Source: a virus | Virus record (IMG/VR): IMGVR_UViG_3300032224_001146 | Span: 23,194 to 87,193 of that record | Strand: one strand, 5' to 3' | Length of the DNA stretch: 64,000 nt | The notes under the pieces: generated by a model | Told to the model about the DNA's origin: nothing | Database searches by the model: none | What the model saw: only the letters and a program-made list of their open reading frames with translations | Program-made: the position numbers and the translations under genes | Shown: in pieces, positions 9,067 to 18,123 of the stretch | How positions within the stretch are numbered: the stretch's first letter is position 1 | Layout: every line of letters begins with the position of its first letter

Positions 9067-9503
9067 TGCCAATTACATCCATACCACAAACAGTATCTCC
9101 AGCACTCTGGACATACACATATCTTCAAGCACCAATTAATGGTCAAGGATATACATATTTTAATATTCCTTCAGCAGTTGAAGCAAAAGGAAATATTGCT
9201 GCAAATGGTACAGCAACATGCGATATTTCAACTTACAACGTTTTTGCAATGACGGTTCTTGGAAATGCAACAATCGCATTTTCAAATATTCCTTCAACAG
9301 CTAAAGCAGCATTTTGGCAAGTTGAAATTAAGTCTGGTGGATCATATACAGTTACATGGCCATCAGCAGTTAAGTGGGATGGTGGTGGAGCTTCTAACGT
9401 AGCACCACTTCTTTCTACAAATACAACAGTATTAAATTTTTACACTCGTGATGGCGGAACCACTATTTATGGTGCATACGCATTCGCAGACTTGAACGTA
9501 TAG
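9066..9503 (+). CDS. Tail fibre-associated beta-sandwich protein, paralog of 1269..1661
   Basis: 'IAFSNIP...QVEIKSGGSYTVTWP.AVKW.GG..P.LS....VLNFYTRDGGTTIYG'. Confidence 0.55.
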   Translation: MPITSIPQTVSPALWTYTYLQAPINGQGYTYFNIPSAVEAKGNIAANGTATCDISTYNVFAMTVLGNATIAFSNIPSTAKAAFWQVEIKSGGSYTVTWPSAVKWDGGGASNVAPLLSTNTTVLNFYTRDGGTTIYGAYAFADLNV

Positions 9504-9516
9504 GGAGAAACATTAA

Positions 9517-10509
9517 ATGGCAGTTAGCACAACTACAACACAATACGTACTACCAGGATTAGATACAACAATGCAAAATAACATGCAAGTTGCATTGAAT
9601 TCTAATGCAACGTTGGCATCTGTTCTTGCAACAACAGGTGGTGTATCTGGAAAGGTGCTAAAGCCTATAACAGTAAAATACAATACTTCTTCTACTTGGA
9701 CACGCCCAGCTAATACAATGTCTTCAATTGAAGTTATTCTTGTAGGTGGCGGAGGCGGTGGAGGTGGATGTCATTCATCTGGTCACGCAGGCGGTGGCGG
9801 AGGAGGCGGACAGGTAATTCGTCGTTTTATTGATATTTCTTCAGTTCCAGTTGGTCAATCAATTACAGTTAATATTGGAAATGGTGGAACAAACGTTTCT
9901 GGAAATACAAATACAAATGGTGGAGACGGCGGAACTTCATCACTTGTTTATAACGCTGCAACATTAGTACAGGCTGGCGGAGGCGGTGGCGGTGGAGCTT
10001 ATGGACAACCTGGTCGTCAAGGTGTTGGTGGATCTTCTGGTGGCGGTGGAGGACAATCTTCACACTCAGGTGCTGGCGGTGGCGGAGGAGCAGGCGGAGC
10101 TGGAGATCATGCTCGTTGCATGATGATTCACCACTCATGGTATACATATGGTGGACAAGGAACACACAATGTTTCAGGATTAAATGGCGGAGAAGGTGCA
10201 TCAATGGGTGGTTCTGGAGAATATAAAGGTTCTTCATCAGATCAAAATTGCTGCGGTGGAAATGGCGGATCAGGTCTTTGGGGCTTCGGCGGTGGCGGAG
10301 GCGGTGGCGGAGACTGGGGAGTTGGTGTAGGTTCCAATGGTGGAGGTTCTGGTGGATCTAGAGTTTCATATTCAGTTTATGGAAGCTCAGGTTCAGCTGG
10401 AATTGATGGTACTGGCGGAGGCGGCGGAGGCTGCGAAGAGGGTGCAACATCTGGAGTTGGTGGCAAGGGAACCTGTTTAATTACTTACTTCTTAAAAGAG
10501 TCGGTGTAA
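9517..10509 (+). CDS. Glycine-rich (polyglycine II) adhesin/fibre-like protein
   Basis: Collinear paralog of 7730..8707 with the same N-terminus 'MAV..TTQ...PGLD' and C-terminus 'TY.LKES'. Confidence 0.65.
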   Translation: MAVSTTTTQYVLPGLDTTMQNNMQVALNSNATLASVLATTGGVSGKVLKPITVKYNTSSTWTRPANTMSSIEVILVGGGGGGGGCHSSGHAGGGGGGGQVIRRFIDISSVPVGQSITVNIGNGGTNVSGNTNTNGGDGGTSSLVYNAATLVQAGGGGGGGAYGQPGRQGVGGSSGGGGGQSSHSGAGGGGGAGGAGDHARCMMIHHSWYTYGGQGTHNVSGLNGGEGASMGGSGEYKGSSSDQNCCGGNGGSGLWGFGGGGGGGGDWGVGVGSNGGGSGGSRVSYSVYGSSGSAGIDGTGGGGGGCEEGATSGVGGKGTCLITYFLKESV

Positions 10510-10510
10510 T

Positions 10511-10918
10511 ATGTACGCCGTAATAGAAGGCAATAATATTGTCGCATACGGCACAGTAGAACAAATTTTAAACGTTTCTATTGGTGAAGCTGGAATTACT
10601 AAAGATTTTGTCAAAAATAATAATCTTGTAGAAGTAATTACAAGAATTGAATGCGATTCAGATATAGAAAAATGTGTATCTGTTGATCCGTATATCAAAG
10701 ATAAGAAAGTTTATTCAGTAAAAAAAGAAAAACTTTCTAAGGAAGAAATTAAAACAAACGTAGAAGCTCACGTAGACTTTGAACTTCTTTCAATGGAAGG
10801 CAGAAAAGACAAGGCTGCAAAAGATTATATTAAGGCCTTGCAGACTATTAAAGCTCAGGCAGAAACTTTCTCAAAGATTGATTGGCCAACCAAGCCAATG
10901 GAGGATAAAACAGAATAA
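10511..10918 (+). CDS. Probable fibre assembly chaperone
   Basis: N-terminal 'MYAVIEGNNIV' resembles the 1661 gene. C-terminal 'YIKALQTI..Q...F.KIDWPTKP' is chaperone-like. Confidence 0.5.
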   Translation: MYAVIEGNNIVAYGTVEQILNVSIGEAGITKDFVKNNNLVEVITRIECDSDIEKCVSVDPYIKDKKVYSVKKEKLSKEEIKTNVEAHVDFELLSMEGRKDKAAKDYIKALQTIKAQAETFSKIDWPTKPMEDKTE

Positions 10919-11646
10919 TGTTAGGTAACCAGCGTTCAATTTTTAGAAGAAACCGTTTTACTCAAAAAGGTTTACAACTTTGGATAGATGCAGCTCTTCC
11001 AGGAACAATTACAAAAGACGGTTCAAATAAAGTTTCTGTGTGGAAAGATAAAACAATTAATGCTAGAAATTTTACACAAGCAACTACAGCTCAGCAACCA
11101 ACATTTCTTCCAACAGGTATTAATGGTTTAGGTGCAGTTTATTTTGACGGTGCAGCATTTAATATGCCGTTTTCAGATCAAACTCTTGCTTATATTTCAG
11201 GTTCATCATTTACTATTGCTTATGTTGCTACAAAAACAGCAGGAACTTCAAATCAATATGTAATTGGCGGACAAGGAACAGGAACAAGAAATAACCTTAT
11301 CCTTGGATATGTATCTGCTAATACCTATAAATTTGGTCTTGCAAATGATGATATGAATGCTATTGTTAACGTAGTTAACGCAGGTGTTCCAGAACTTTAT
11401 TTGGTTACATTTGACGGAACAAACTTTGAAAGAAGAACTCGCAGAAATGCAGCAGATGAAGCACTTGGTGCAGCAAATGGATCACTTAGCGGAATGACTG
11501 GACAAGCACTTGGAAAGTATCTTTCAGCTTATGGAAACTTTGCCCTAGGGGAACTTTTAATTTACAACAGAGTATTATCAGCATCTGAAATTTCAGGTGT
11601 AGAGCGTGACCTCATGTCTAAGTGGTCAATTGCATACGGTAGCTAG
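10918..11646 (+). CDS. LamG/concanavalin-like lectin-fold protein
   Basis: 'LQLWIDA....I......VS.WKDK....FTQAT...QPT', 'GELLIYNRVLS..EI..VE..L..KW'. Confidence 0.65.
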   Translation: MLGNQRSIFRRNRFTQKGLQLWIDAALPGTITKDGSNKVSVWKDKTINARNFTQATTAQQPTFLPTGINGLGAVYFDGAAFNMPFSDQTLAYISGSSFTIAYVATKTAGTSNQYVIGGQGTGTRNNLILGYVSANTYKFGLANDDMNAIVNVVNAGVPELYLVTFDGTNFERRTRRNAADEALGAANGSLSGMTGQALGKYLSAYGNFALGELLIYNRVLSASEISGVERDLMSKWSIAYGS

Positions 11647-11654
11647 GAGAAGCA

Positions 11655-12017
11655 GTGACTGTAACAACAGCAACAACTTATTTACCATCACGTTTTGGTA
11701 ACCCTACAACTTTAACAACAACACCAATTAACGTGTATACGTTTGACCAAGTTTCTATTTTGAAGCAGTTGCTAGTTGCAAATATTTTTAATGGTTTATT
11801 AACATTCTCACTCTATCTTGTCCCATCAGGAGAAGTTCTTCGTGAAAAATACAAGATTTTTGGTGATGTTCAGGTAGATGCAAATACAGTATTGACAATT
11901 GACTTAACACAAGTTACGTATCCAGGTGAAACTATTTATGCTTCAGCTAACGTTGCAAATGGATTAAACTTTATTCTATCAGGAGTGGAAATCTACAACC
12001 CACCAGTAGTTGAATAG
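11655..12017 (+). CDS. Small beta-rich virion protein, paralog of 7388..7705
   Basis: SD AGGAG with GTG start. Motifs shared with 7388..7705. Confidence 0.55.
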   Translation: MTVTTATTYLPSRFGNPTTLTTTPINVYTFDQVSILKQLLVANIFNGLLTFSLYLVPSGEVLREKYKIFGDVQVDANTVLTIDLTQVTYPGETIYASANVANGLNFILSGVEIYNPPVVE

Positions 12018-12032
12018 GAATAGGAATGCCAT

Positions 12033-14321
12033 ATGGCTTACAAACAGTATGGAAATGTTCTTAATACCTTAAATATTAAACAAAAAAATATATTTAACTG
12101 GAATTTAAATTATTATGATAAATATGGAAGAATTAATTTTAACTCACAAAGCTCTCACACATATATTACAAGATCTTTATCTGTAGCAACTTCATCTGGA
12201 ACTTTGCAGGGATATCTTCCATCCATAAAAAATATTGATTATAATACAGCATCCACAATTTTAAGAAATTCTGGTTTTACACCTTCGCCAACATATATTT
12301 ATACAAACAATACTGCATTTCAAACATATAATGCATTAGGTGGTTATGTTACGACACAGTCACCAGCACCTTCAGCATCTTCTGGACAACTTGTGCAATT
12401 TGGTAGTTCCATTCAAATGGATGTAATTTTATACACATCTGTTCCAATTGTAACTACAACTGTTCCAAATGCTCCATTATGGTCTAACGCAACATCTGGA
12501 GATTCTTCAGTCACTCTAACATTTGTGGCACCAGCAAACGGTGGTTCAGCTATAACTAGATATGAATATTCAATTACAAATGGTGCTACATGGATTTCTG
12601 TAGGATTGCCAACAAATAGTACATTTACTGTTTCAGGACTTGTAAATAATGTTGCATATACTTTTTATATTAGAGCAGTAAACTCAATTGGCAATTCAGC
12701 ATCAAGTGCTGGTGTAACTAAATCTCCAACTGCAGGTTCTATTGGTGGAACTGTAACAACTCCAGGTGCTCCTACATTTACAACATCATTCGTTACAAAT
12801 ACATCATTTAGAATCACACTCACAGCTCCATCAAATAATGGTGGTGCTGAAATTACAAGATATCAACATTCATTAGATAACGGTTTGACATGGACAAATG
12901 ATTTTACAAATACTGGACCAATTACAGTTTCTGCACTTAACCCAGGACAAACATATCAAGTTTCTTTACGTGCAGTAAACTCAGCTGGTAGTGGTGCGGC
13001 AGCAGCAACACAATCCTTGACTACAACACAAATCGTTCCAGATCTAGTAGGACTTGCACTTAATACAGCAAAAACAGTTATTACGTCTTCTGGATATGTT
13101 TTTGGAACTGGAACAGAAAGTGCATCTAATAACCAATATTATTTAGATTATTCTGGTGGACTTGTAAGTGCACAATCTCCAACAGCAGGAGGGTCTTTAT
13201 CTGGTGGAGGAACCATTAGACTTGACTACACAGTTTATTTGGCTGCACCTTCATATGGAACAATTCCAAATGTAATTGGACTTAATTATTCTGAAGCTAT
13301 TACAAGAATTCAGCAAGCAGGTTATTCAAATATTACACAAGTTACAACATCTGATATTAACAAAACTTATGGGCAAATTTATGCACAAAACCCAGCAGCA
13401 GGAACAGCATCATTGGTTAACCAGGTAGTTACAATAACCTATTCAAACTATACTGGATCATTAGCCATTCCAACAAATACAGTTGCTCCAAGTGTTACTG
13501 GAGATAATCTATATGTTGGAGCTAAATTTAATGTTGTTCCAGGAACTTGGACAGATAGTCCAACATCATATAATTATCAATGGGTTGATTCAAATGGAAA
13601 CAATTTTATCAATGCTACGTCATCAAGTTACATCGCTAATTCAACTGCAATTTCTAGATCAATTGGAATAAAGTTAGCAGCAACAAATGCAGCTGGTACA
13701 TCTTCGTATGTAACTTCTTCAAACTTTTTAGGACCAATTAAAATTCTTCAAAAGCCAACAGATATTCAGTACGCAGCAACAAACCCAAGATCAGCTACAT
13801 CAATATCAGTTACTTGGTCTGGAGGAGATTCTCCATTTTACTTTGTTGGTATATATAAACCAGGGACATCATCTTACGTATCAACCAAAATTGTAACAAC
13901 TCAATCAACAACATTTACTGGTTTAACTGCAGCAAATAATTATTATATTCAGATATTTGGAAACAATAATAATGAATATACAGCTGATTCATATACAAGT
14001 GCAGTTTTATCAACAACATTTTCTGCACAGCCTTTTATTCCAGTTTTAAATACAGCAGCTAAATCTGGAAATAATATTAATTTTACTGCAACTCGTGGAG
14101 CAAATAATGCAAAAGTTAGAGTTCAATTAGAAAATACAGGCGGCGGATTAGTTGCTGGTACAACCTACCAAGATTTTGGTTTAGATTTAACACAATCATC
14201 AATATCAAGTTCATTTAATATTAATGGTATTTCTTCTGGATCTTATAAGATAGTTGCATATGGATACAATGAAGATTATGGAATATCTGCATCTGGCTCT
14301 TCCTTGGATATTACGATATAA
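12033..14321 (+). CDS. Multidomain PASTA + fibronectin type III / Ig-like virion protein
   Basis: FN3 repeats 'PNAP.......GDSSVTLTF.AP.NGGSAITRYEYS...YTFYIRAVNSIG'. PASTA-like 'VPDLVGLALNTAKTVITSSGY...VSAQSPTAG' and 'IPNVIGLNYSEAITRIQQAGY...IYAQNPAAG'. Confidence 0.7.
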   Translation: MAYKQYGNVLNTLNIKQKNIFNWNLNYYDKYGRINFNSQSSHTYITRSLSVATSSGTLQGYLPSIKNIDYNTASTILRNSGFTPSPTYIYTNNTAFQTYNALGGYVTTQSPAPSASSGQLVQFGSSIQMDVILYTSVPIVTTTVPNAPLWSNATSGDSSVTLTFVAPANGGSAITRYEYSITNGATWISVGLPTNSTFTVSGLVNNVAYTFYIRAVNSIGNSASSAGVTKSPTAGSIGGTVTTPGAPTFTTSFVTNTSFRITLTAPSNNGGAEITRYQHSLDNGLTWTNDFTNTGPITVSALNPGQTYQVSLRAVNSAGSGAAAATQSLTTTQIVPDLVGLALNTAKTVITSSGYVFGTGTESASNNQYYLDYSGGLVSAQSPTAGGSLSGGGTIRLDYTVYLAAPSYGTIPNVIGLNYSEAITRIQQAGYSNITQVTTSDINKTYGQIYAQNPAAGTASLVNQVVTITYSNYTGSLAIPTNTVAPSVTGDNLYVGAKFNVVPGTWTDSPTSYNYQWVDSNGNNFINATSSSYIANSTAISRSIGIKLAATNAAGTSSYVTSSNFLGPIKILQKPTDIQYAATNPRSATSISVTWSGGDSPFYFVGIYKPGTSSYVSTKIVTTQSTTFTGLTAANNYYIQIFGNNNNEYTADSYTSAVLSTTFSAQPFIPVLNTAAKSGNNINFTATRGANNAKVRVQLENTGGGLVAGTTYQDFGLDLTQSSISSSFNINGISSGSYKIVAYGYNEDYGISASGSSLDITI

Positions 14322-14330
14322 TGGAGAGAT

Positions 14331-16079
14331 ATGTCCTATTATCTTGATGTAATAAAAGACAATCCCATGGTATTTTTGCCATTGGATGAATCTACATTTA
14401 CATCTGCAAATGATATATCAGGCTGTGGAAATCATGGAACATATAATGGATCATTTTCAAATAAAATTATGCCATTAATTTATGGTGGATCTAATTCAAC
14501 CAGGATTGCATCAGATGCATATATTCAATATTCAATAGCAAAAGACTATGCTGCAAATACAAGTTTAGGCGGGCTTGCAGTAAAACAATATACAGACAAT
14601 GATTTTTCTTTAGAAGTCTGGTTTAAGCCAAACATAACCTCATCAACATTAACCCCAATTCTTGCTGACTCAACAAATCAAATAGGAATATTTTATCAAC
14701 AAGGAATAATTTTATTTAAACTACAGTCCGAGTCTTTGTCCTATAAACTTTCTTTTTCTAAAAAAACTATGCATATTGTAGCTAAGTATTCTGTTAATTC
14801 AATGGAACTGTATATTGATGGAATGCTGGTTAAATCAAAACCCCTTGTAGGATTTAAACTTACAAATACTTCTGTTTTATTTAAGTCTGGACCAGCAACT
14901 GGAACAGACACATTCTTAATTGATGCTCCAGCAATATATAGATATGGATTAAATAAAAATAAAATTAAACTTCATTATAGCTCTGGGTTAAAACACATTA
15001 ATCCAATTCAAGTTGTTGCACCAGATAAAGGTGTGCTTGTTCCATTAACTGGACAAACTCTTTCACCAATTTTTAAATATGAATATGATTCAGAAAAAAA
15101 ATGGAAATCAATTGTAAATGAAACCGTATACTATGATTCTTCAAACAACTTTATTTCTTTCCCACAAACAGTAGAGTCTCAAACAGCAACATTTACAGGC
15201 TACGATATTATAACTATTCCTAATTCAATTGATGTATCTTCTTCAAAAGTTGAATGGCGGGGAGACAATGGCATATCAGTATTTACAAGTACCGATGGCA
15301 CAAACTATCAACAATGTGTTAATGGATCATTTATTCCTCAATTTAATAAAGAACAATCAATTACAATATCTCCATTGTATATAAAGATTGTCATGACAAG
15401 CACAAATACATCTATAGATCTTCCTAGACTTTCTTCATTAAATTTTTATTTCTATTCAAATAAAAAGCTTTACGCACAGAATTTTGGATACTATGCAGAT
15501 TCAAATAAAGAATATGACATATCTTTATTTAATTACCCAGTTCTTTTAAGGCATCCAAATGTAGGAATTAAAACGGTAGGAACTGGCGGGTTTGATATTG
15601 CAGTAGATCAAGAAATCAAATCAATAGAGTTTATGTTTACTCCATCAACCCTAGACAACAATATTCTATTTTATTCTCCAACAACTGGATCATACCCAGA
15701 GACTAAGTTTGGCTGGAATGGGACGGGAACGTTAAAGACAAATATATCCAAGGTATACCTAAATGGTCAGGATGTAACATCTGCTAACTTTAAAAATCAA
15801 TTAGTAGCTGGAGAACCACATTACATAACCCTAGTCTTCTCCTCTGTTATTAAGTCAGTCTTTCAATTTAACTACTTATCTTCATCTAATTATGGACCAT
15901 CATGCAACTACCATAATATAGGACTATATTTAACAGAATTAGTTGCATCCAAGGTCTTAGAACACTACAATCTTTATGTCGGAAGACCATCTACTATTGC
16001 TCAAAATTCTTCATTTACCTTGACAGAATCCTCAGTTAAGTACTATAATAATGAATGGATAGTTGTATCTAACAACTAA
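14331..16079 (+). CDS. LamG-domain minor tail protein
   Basis: 'YYLDVIKDNP..F.PLDE....A.D.SG.GNHGTY', 'DFSLEVWFKP', 'HIV..Y....MELYIDG'. Confidence 0.7.
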   Translation: MSYYLDVIKDNPMVFLPLDESTFTSANDISGCGNHGTYNGSFSNKIMPLIYGGSNSTRIASDAYIQYSIAKDYAANTSLGGLAVKQYTDNDFSLEVWFKPNITSSTLTPILADSTNQIGIFYQQGIILFKLQSESLSYKLSFSKKTMHIVAKYSVNSMELYIDGMLVKSKPLVGFKLTNTSVLFKSGPATGTDTFLIDAPAIYRYGLNKNKIKLHYSSGLKHINPIQVVAPDKGVLVPLTGQTLSPIFKYEYDSEKKWKSIVNETVYYDSSNNFISFPQTVESQTATFTGYDIITIPNSIDVSSSKVEWRGDNGISVFTSTDGTNYQQCVNGSFIPQFNKEQSITISPLYIKIVMTSTNTSIDLPRLSSLNFYFYSNKKLYAQNFGYYADSNKEYDISLFNYPVLLRHPNVGIKTVGTGGFDIAVDQEIKSIEFMFTPSTLDNNILFYSPTTGSYPETKFGWNGTGTLKTNISKVYLNGQDVTSANFKNQLVAGEPHYITLVFSSVIKSVFQFNYLSSSNYGPSCNYHNIGLYLTELVASKVLEHYNLYVGRPSTIAQNSSFTLTESSVKYYNNEWIVVSNN

Positions 16080-16124
16080 CTTTGTCATCTAGGCTGACAA
16101 AATGTGGCCTTATGTGCCTAGAAA

Positions 16125-16133
16125 TGGTAAAAT
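16125..16133 (+). promoter_or_regulatory. Extended -10 promoter for a probable leaderless transcript
   Basis: TGGTAAAAT followed 6 nt later by ATG at 16140, with no SD. Confidence 0.5.
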
Positions 16134-16139
16134 AAAACA

Positions 16140-16475
16140 ATGGATATTAAAAGAACCAACTCCCAGTTTATTGAAGAAACAACCCTAGGGCTATATGTTT
16201 GGGAAATGCCAGACGGACGCTGGGTGGGAGATGATGATGGTAACTTTATGACTATCCAAGCTTTTAAAGGTGATAAAGTAAAAATGGATATGCTTGCAAG
16301 AGCAGTTCGTGGATACGGCATTGATGAGGGTCAGCCTACATTTTTGTCGGGACGAAGAAAAGTTACAGACGAAGAATTTGAAGAACAGCAGACAAGATTA
16401 AAGTGGGGCCTAGTACCAGATAAATATGATATGGGTGTCTATAAAGAAGATAAGGCGAAGGGTTTGATTGTATGA
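16140..16475 (+). CDS. Hypothetical phage protein upstream of the portal
   Basis: 111-aa ORF overlapping the portal start (ATGA). Confidence 0.65.
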   Translation: MDIKRTNSQFIEETTLGLYVWEMPDGRWVGDDDGNFMTIQAFKGDKVKMDMLARAVRGYGIDEGQPTFLSGRRKVTDEEFEEQQTRLKWGLVPDKYDMGVYKEDKAKGLIV

Positions 16476-18067
16476 CAAAAGTTGTTTATGAAGAGGATAG
16501 CGAGATCATTGATAATGATGTTCGTGTAAGCACATATGCTGACATGGTTAGATTTAGCAAAGCTCAAGAACAAACAACAACAGATGCCTTTGCAGTTGAT
16601 GCAGAAGAGCTAAAGAAATTCTCAGGCATGTCTCCAGCATTTAGAAGAAAGCTTGGAAGAGAATTATCAAAAGCTTTTGTAGGACAAGATGGATCACAAA
16701 CACAACAAAGCCTTCTTGCTCAGGCGATCACTGGATATGCACTATTAGATGTAATTGAGCCAACATACAATATGGAATATCTCTCAAGACTTTATGAAAT
16801 TTCAACATATAACTATTCTGCTTGTAATGCTAAGACATCAAATATTGTTGGCCTTGGACATTCATTTATGGAAACAAGAAAAACTAACGACGCAATTGAT
16901 GGAATTACAGATGAAAAGCAATTAGATCGTGCTCGTAGAAAATTAACAAAATTAAAACAAGACTTAGATGATTGGTTGGAATCTTGCAATGATGAAGATA
17001 CTTTTACAGAGACTCTTATTAAAGTATGGACAGACTATGAAGCTACTGGTAACGGGTACCTCGAAGTCGGTAGAACGGTTCGTGGAGACATCGGATACTT
17101 AGGACATATCCCATCAAAGACAATGCGTGTACGCCGCCTTAGAGACGGTTTTATACAGCTTCTTTATGGCAAGATTGTATACTTTAGAAATTATGGAGAT
17201 CAAGAAACTCCTAATCCAGTACTGGGTGGAAATGACAGACCAAACGAAATTATCCATCTTAAGAAGTACACACCAGTAAATCAGTATTATGGTGTCCCAG
17301 ATATTATTGCAGCACAAAATGCTTTGGCTGGAAATGAATTTGCGGCTAAATATAACTTAGATTATTTTGAAAATAAGGCGGTCCCAAGATATATTATTAC
17401 AGCAAAGGGAGCAAAGCTTTCTCCAGAGTCAGAGCGTAAATTGCTTGAATTTTTCCAGGTTGGATTAAAGGGTAAGAACCATCGTTCACTTTATATTCCA
17501 CTTCCAGCAGATACCCCAGAGTCTAAGGTTGAATTTAAGATGGAGCCTATTGAGGCAGGGGTTCAGGAAGGCTCATTTGATAAATATCGCAAATCAAATA
17601 GAGATGAAATCCTCCTTGCTCACCGTGTCCCAATTAATAAAATTGGAACTCCAGAAGGTGTAAACCTAGCAGTTGCTCGTGATGCGGATAAGACATTTAA
17701 AGAGCAGGTTTGCCGTCCATCACAGATGAGATTAGAAAAGAAACTAAATAGAATTATTGAAGAAAAGACAGATGCCCTAGTTATTAAGTTTAATGAATTG
17801 AGCTTAACAGATGAAGATACTCAGTCTAAAATTGATGAAAGATACTTGCGTATGCAGGTTATTGTTCCTAATGAAGTTCGTATTCGCAAGGGTATGATTC
17901 CTATTGAAGGTGGAGACAAAGTAGTTCAACTTAAGCCAGATCAAGCAGCCGAACAAACTGCACAAGCTGGAAATACAAGACAAAGAACCCAACAAAGAGA
18001 TGCTAATTCCCCAGACAAATCTGGAGAAGGTAGAAATGCTCAGGGTGACGGAAGACAAACTCCGTAA
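16472..18067 (+). CDS. Portal protein
   Basis: 'DYEATGNGYLEV.R', 'NEIIHLKKYTP...YYGVPD', 'YF.N.AVP', 'RDEILLAHRVP', 'PNEVR...G..PIEGGD' are portal family motifs. Confidence 0.92.
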   Translation: MTKVVYEEDSEIIDNDVRVSTYADMVRFSKAQEQTTTDAFAVDAEELKKFSGMSPAFRRKLGRELSKAFVGQDGSQTQQSLLAQAITGYALLDVIEPTYNMEYLSRLYEISTYNYSACNAKTSNIVGLGHSFMETRKTNDAIDGITDEKQLDRARRKLTKLKQDLDDWLESCNDEDTFTETLIKVWTDYEATGNGYLEVGRTVRGDIGYLGHIPSKTMRVRRLRDGFIQLLYGKIVYFRNYGDQETPNPVLGGNDRPNEIIHLKKYTPVNQYYGVPDIIAAQNALAGNEFAAKYNLDYFENKAVPRYIITAKGAKLSPESERKLLEFFQVGLKGKNHRSLYIPLPADTPESKVEFKMEPIEAGVQEGSFDKYRKSNRDEILLAHRVPINKIGTPEGVNLAVARDADKTFKEQVCRPSQMRLEKKLNRIIEEKTDALVIKFNELSLTDEDTQSKIDERYLRMQVIVPNEVRIRKGMIPIEGGDKVVQLKPDQAAEQTAQAGNTRQRTQQRDANSPDKSGEGRNAQGDGRQTP

Positions 18068-18085
18068 TTTTTAGTCAATTGATAT

Positions 18086-18114
18086 TTGCCTTTTTAAGCA
18101 CACGTTGATAAACT
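18086..18114 (+). promoter_or_regulatory. Sigma70-type promoter (TTGCCT-17-TAAACT with extended TG)
   Basis: Consensus spacing. ATG at 18124 follows closely without an SD. Confidence 0.45.
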
Positions 18115-18123
18115 TTATACAGT

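Noticed and set aside
7950-10470. GGCGGTGGCGGAGG repeats as a DNA repeat array or diversity-generating retroelement template/variable pair
   Set aside because: They are glycine codons within ORFs. The two paralogs differ throughout rather than only at adenines, and no reverse transcriptase is visible.
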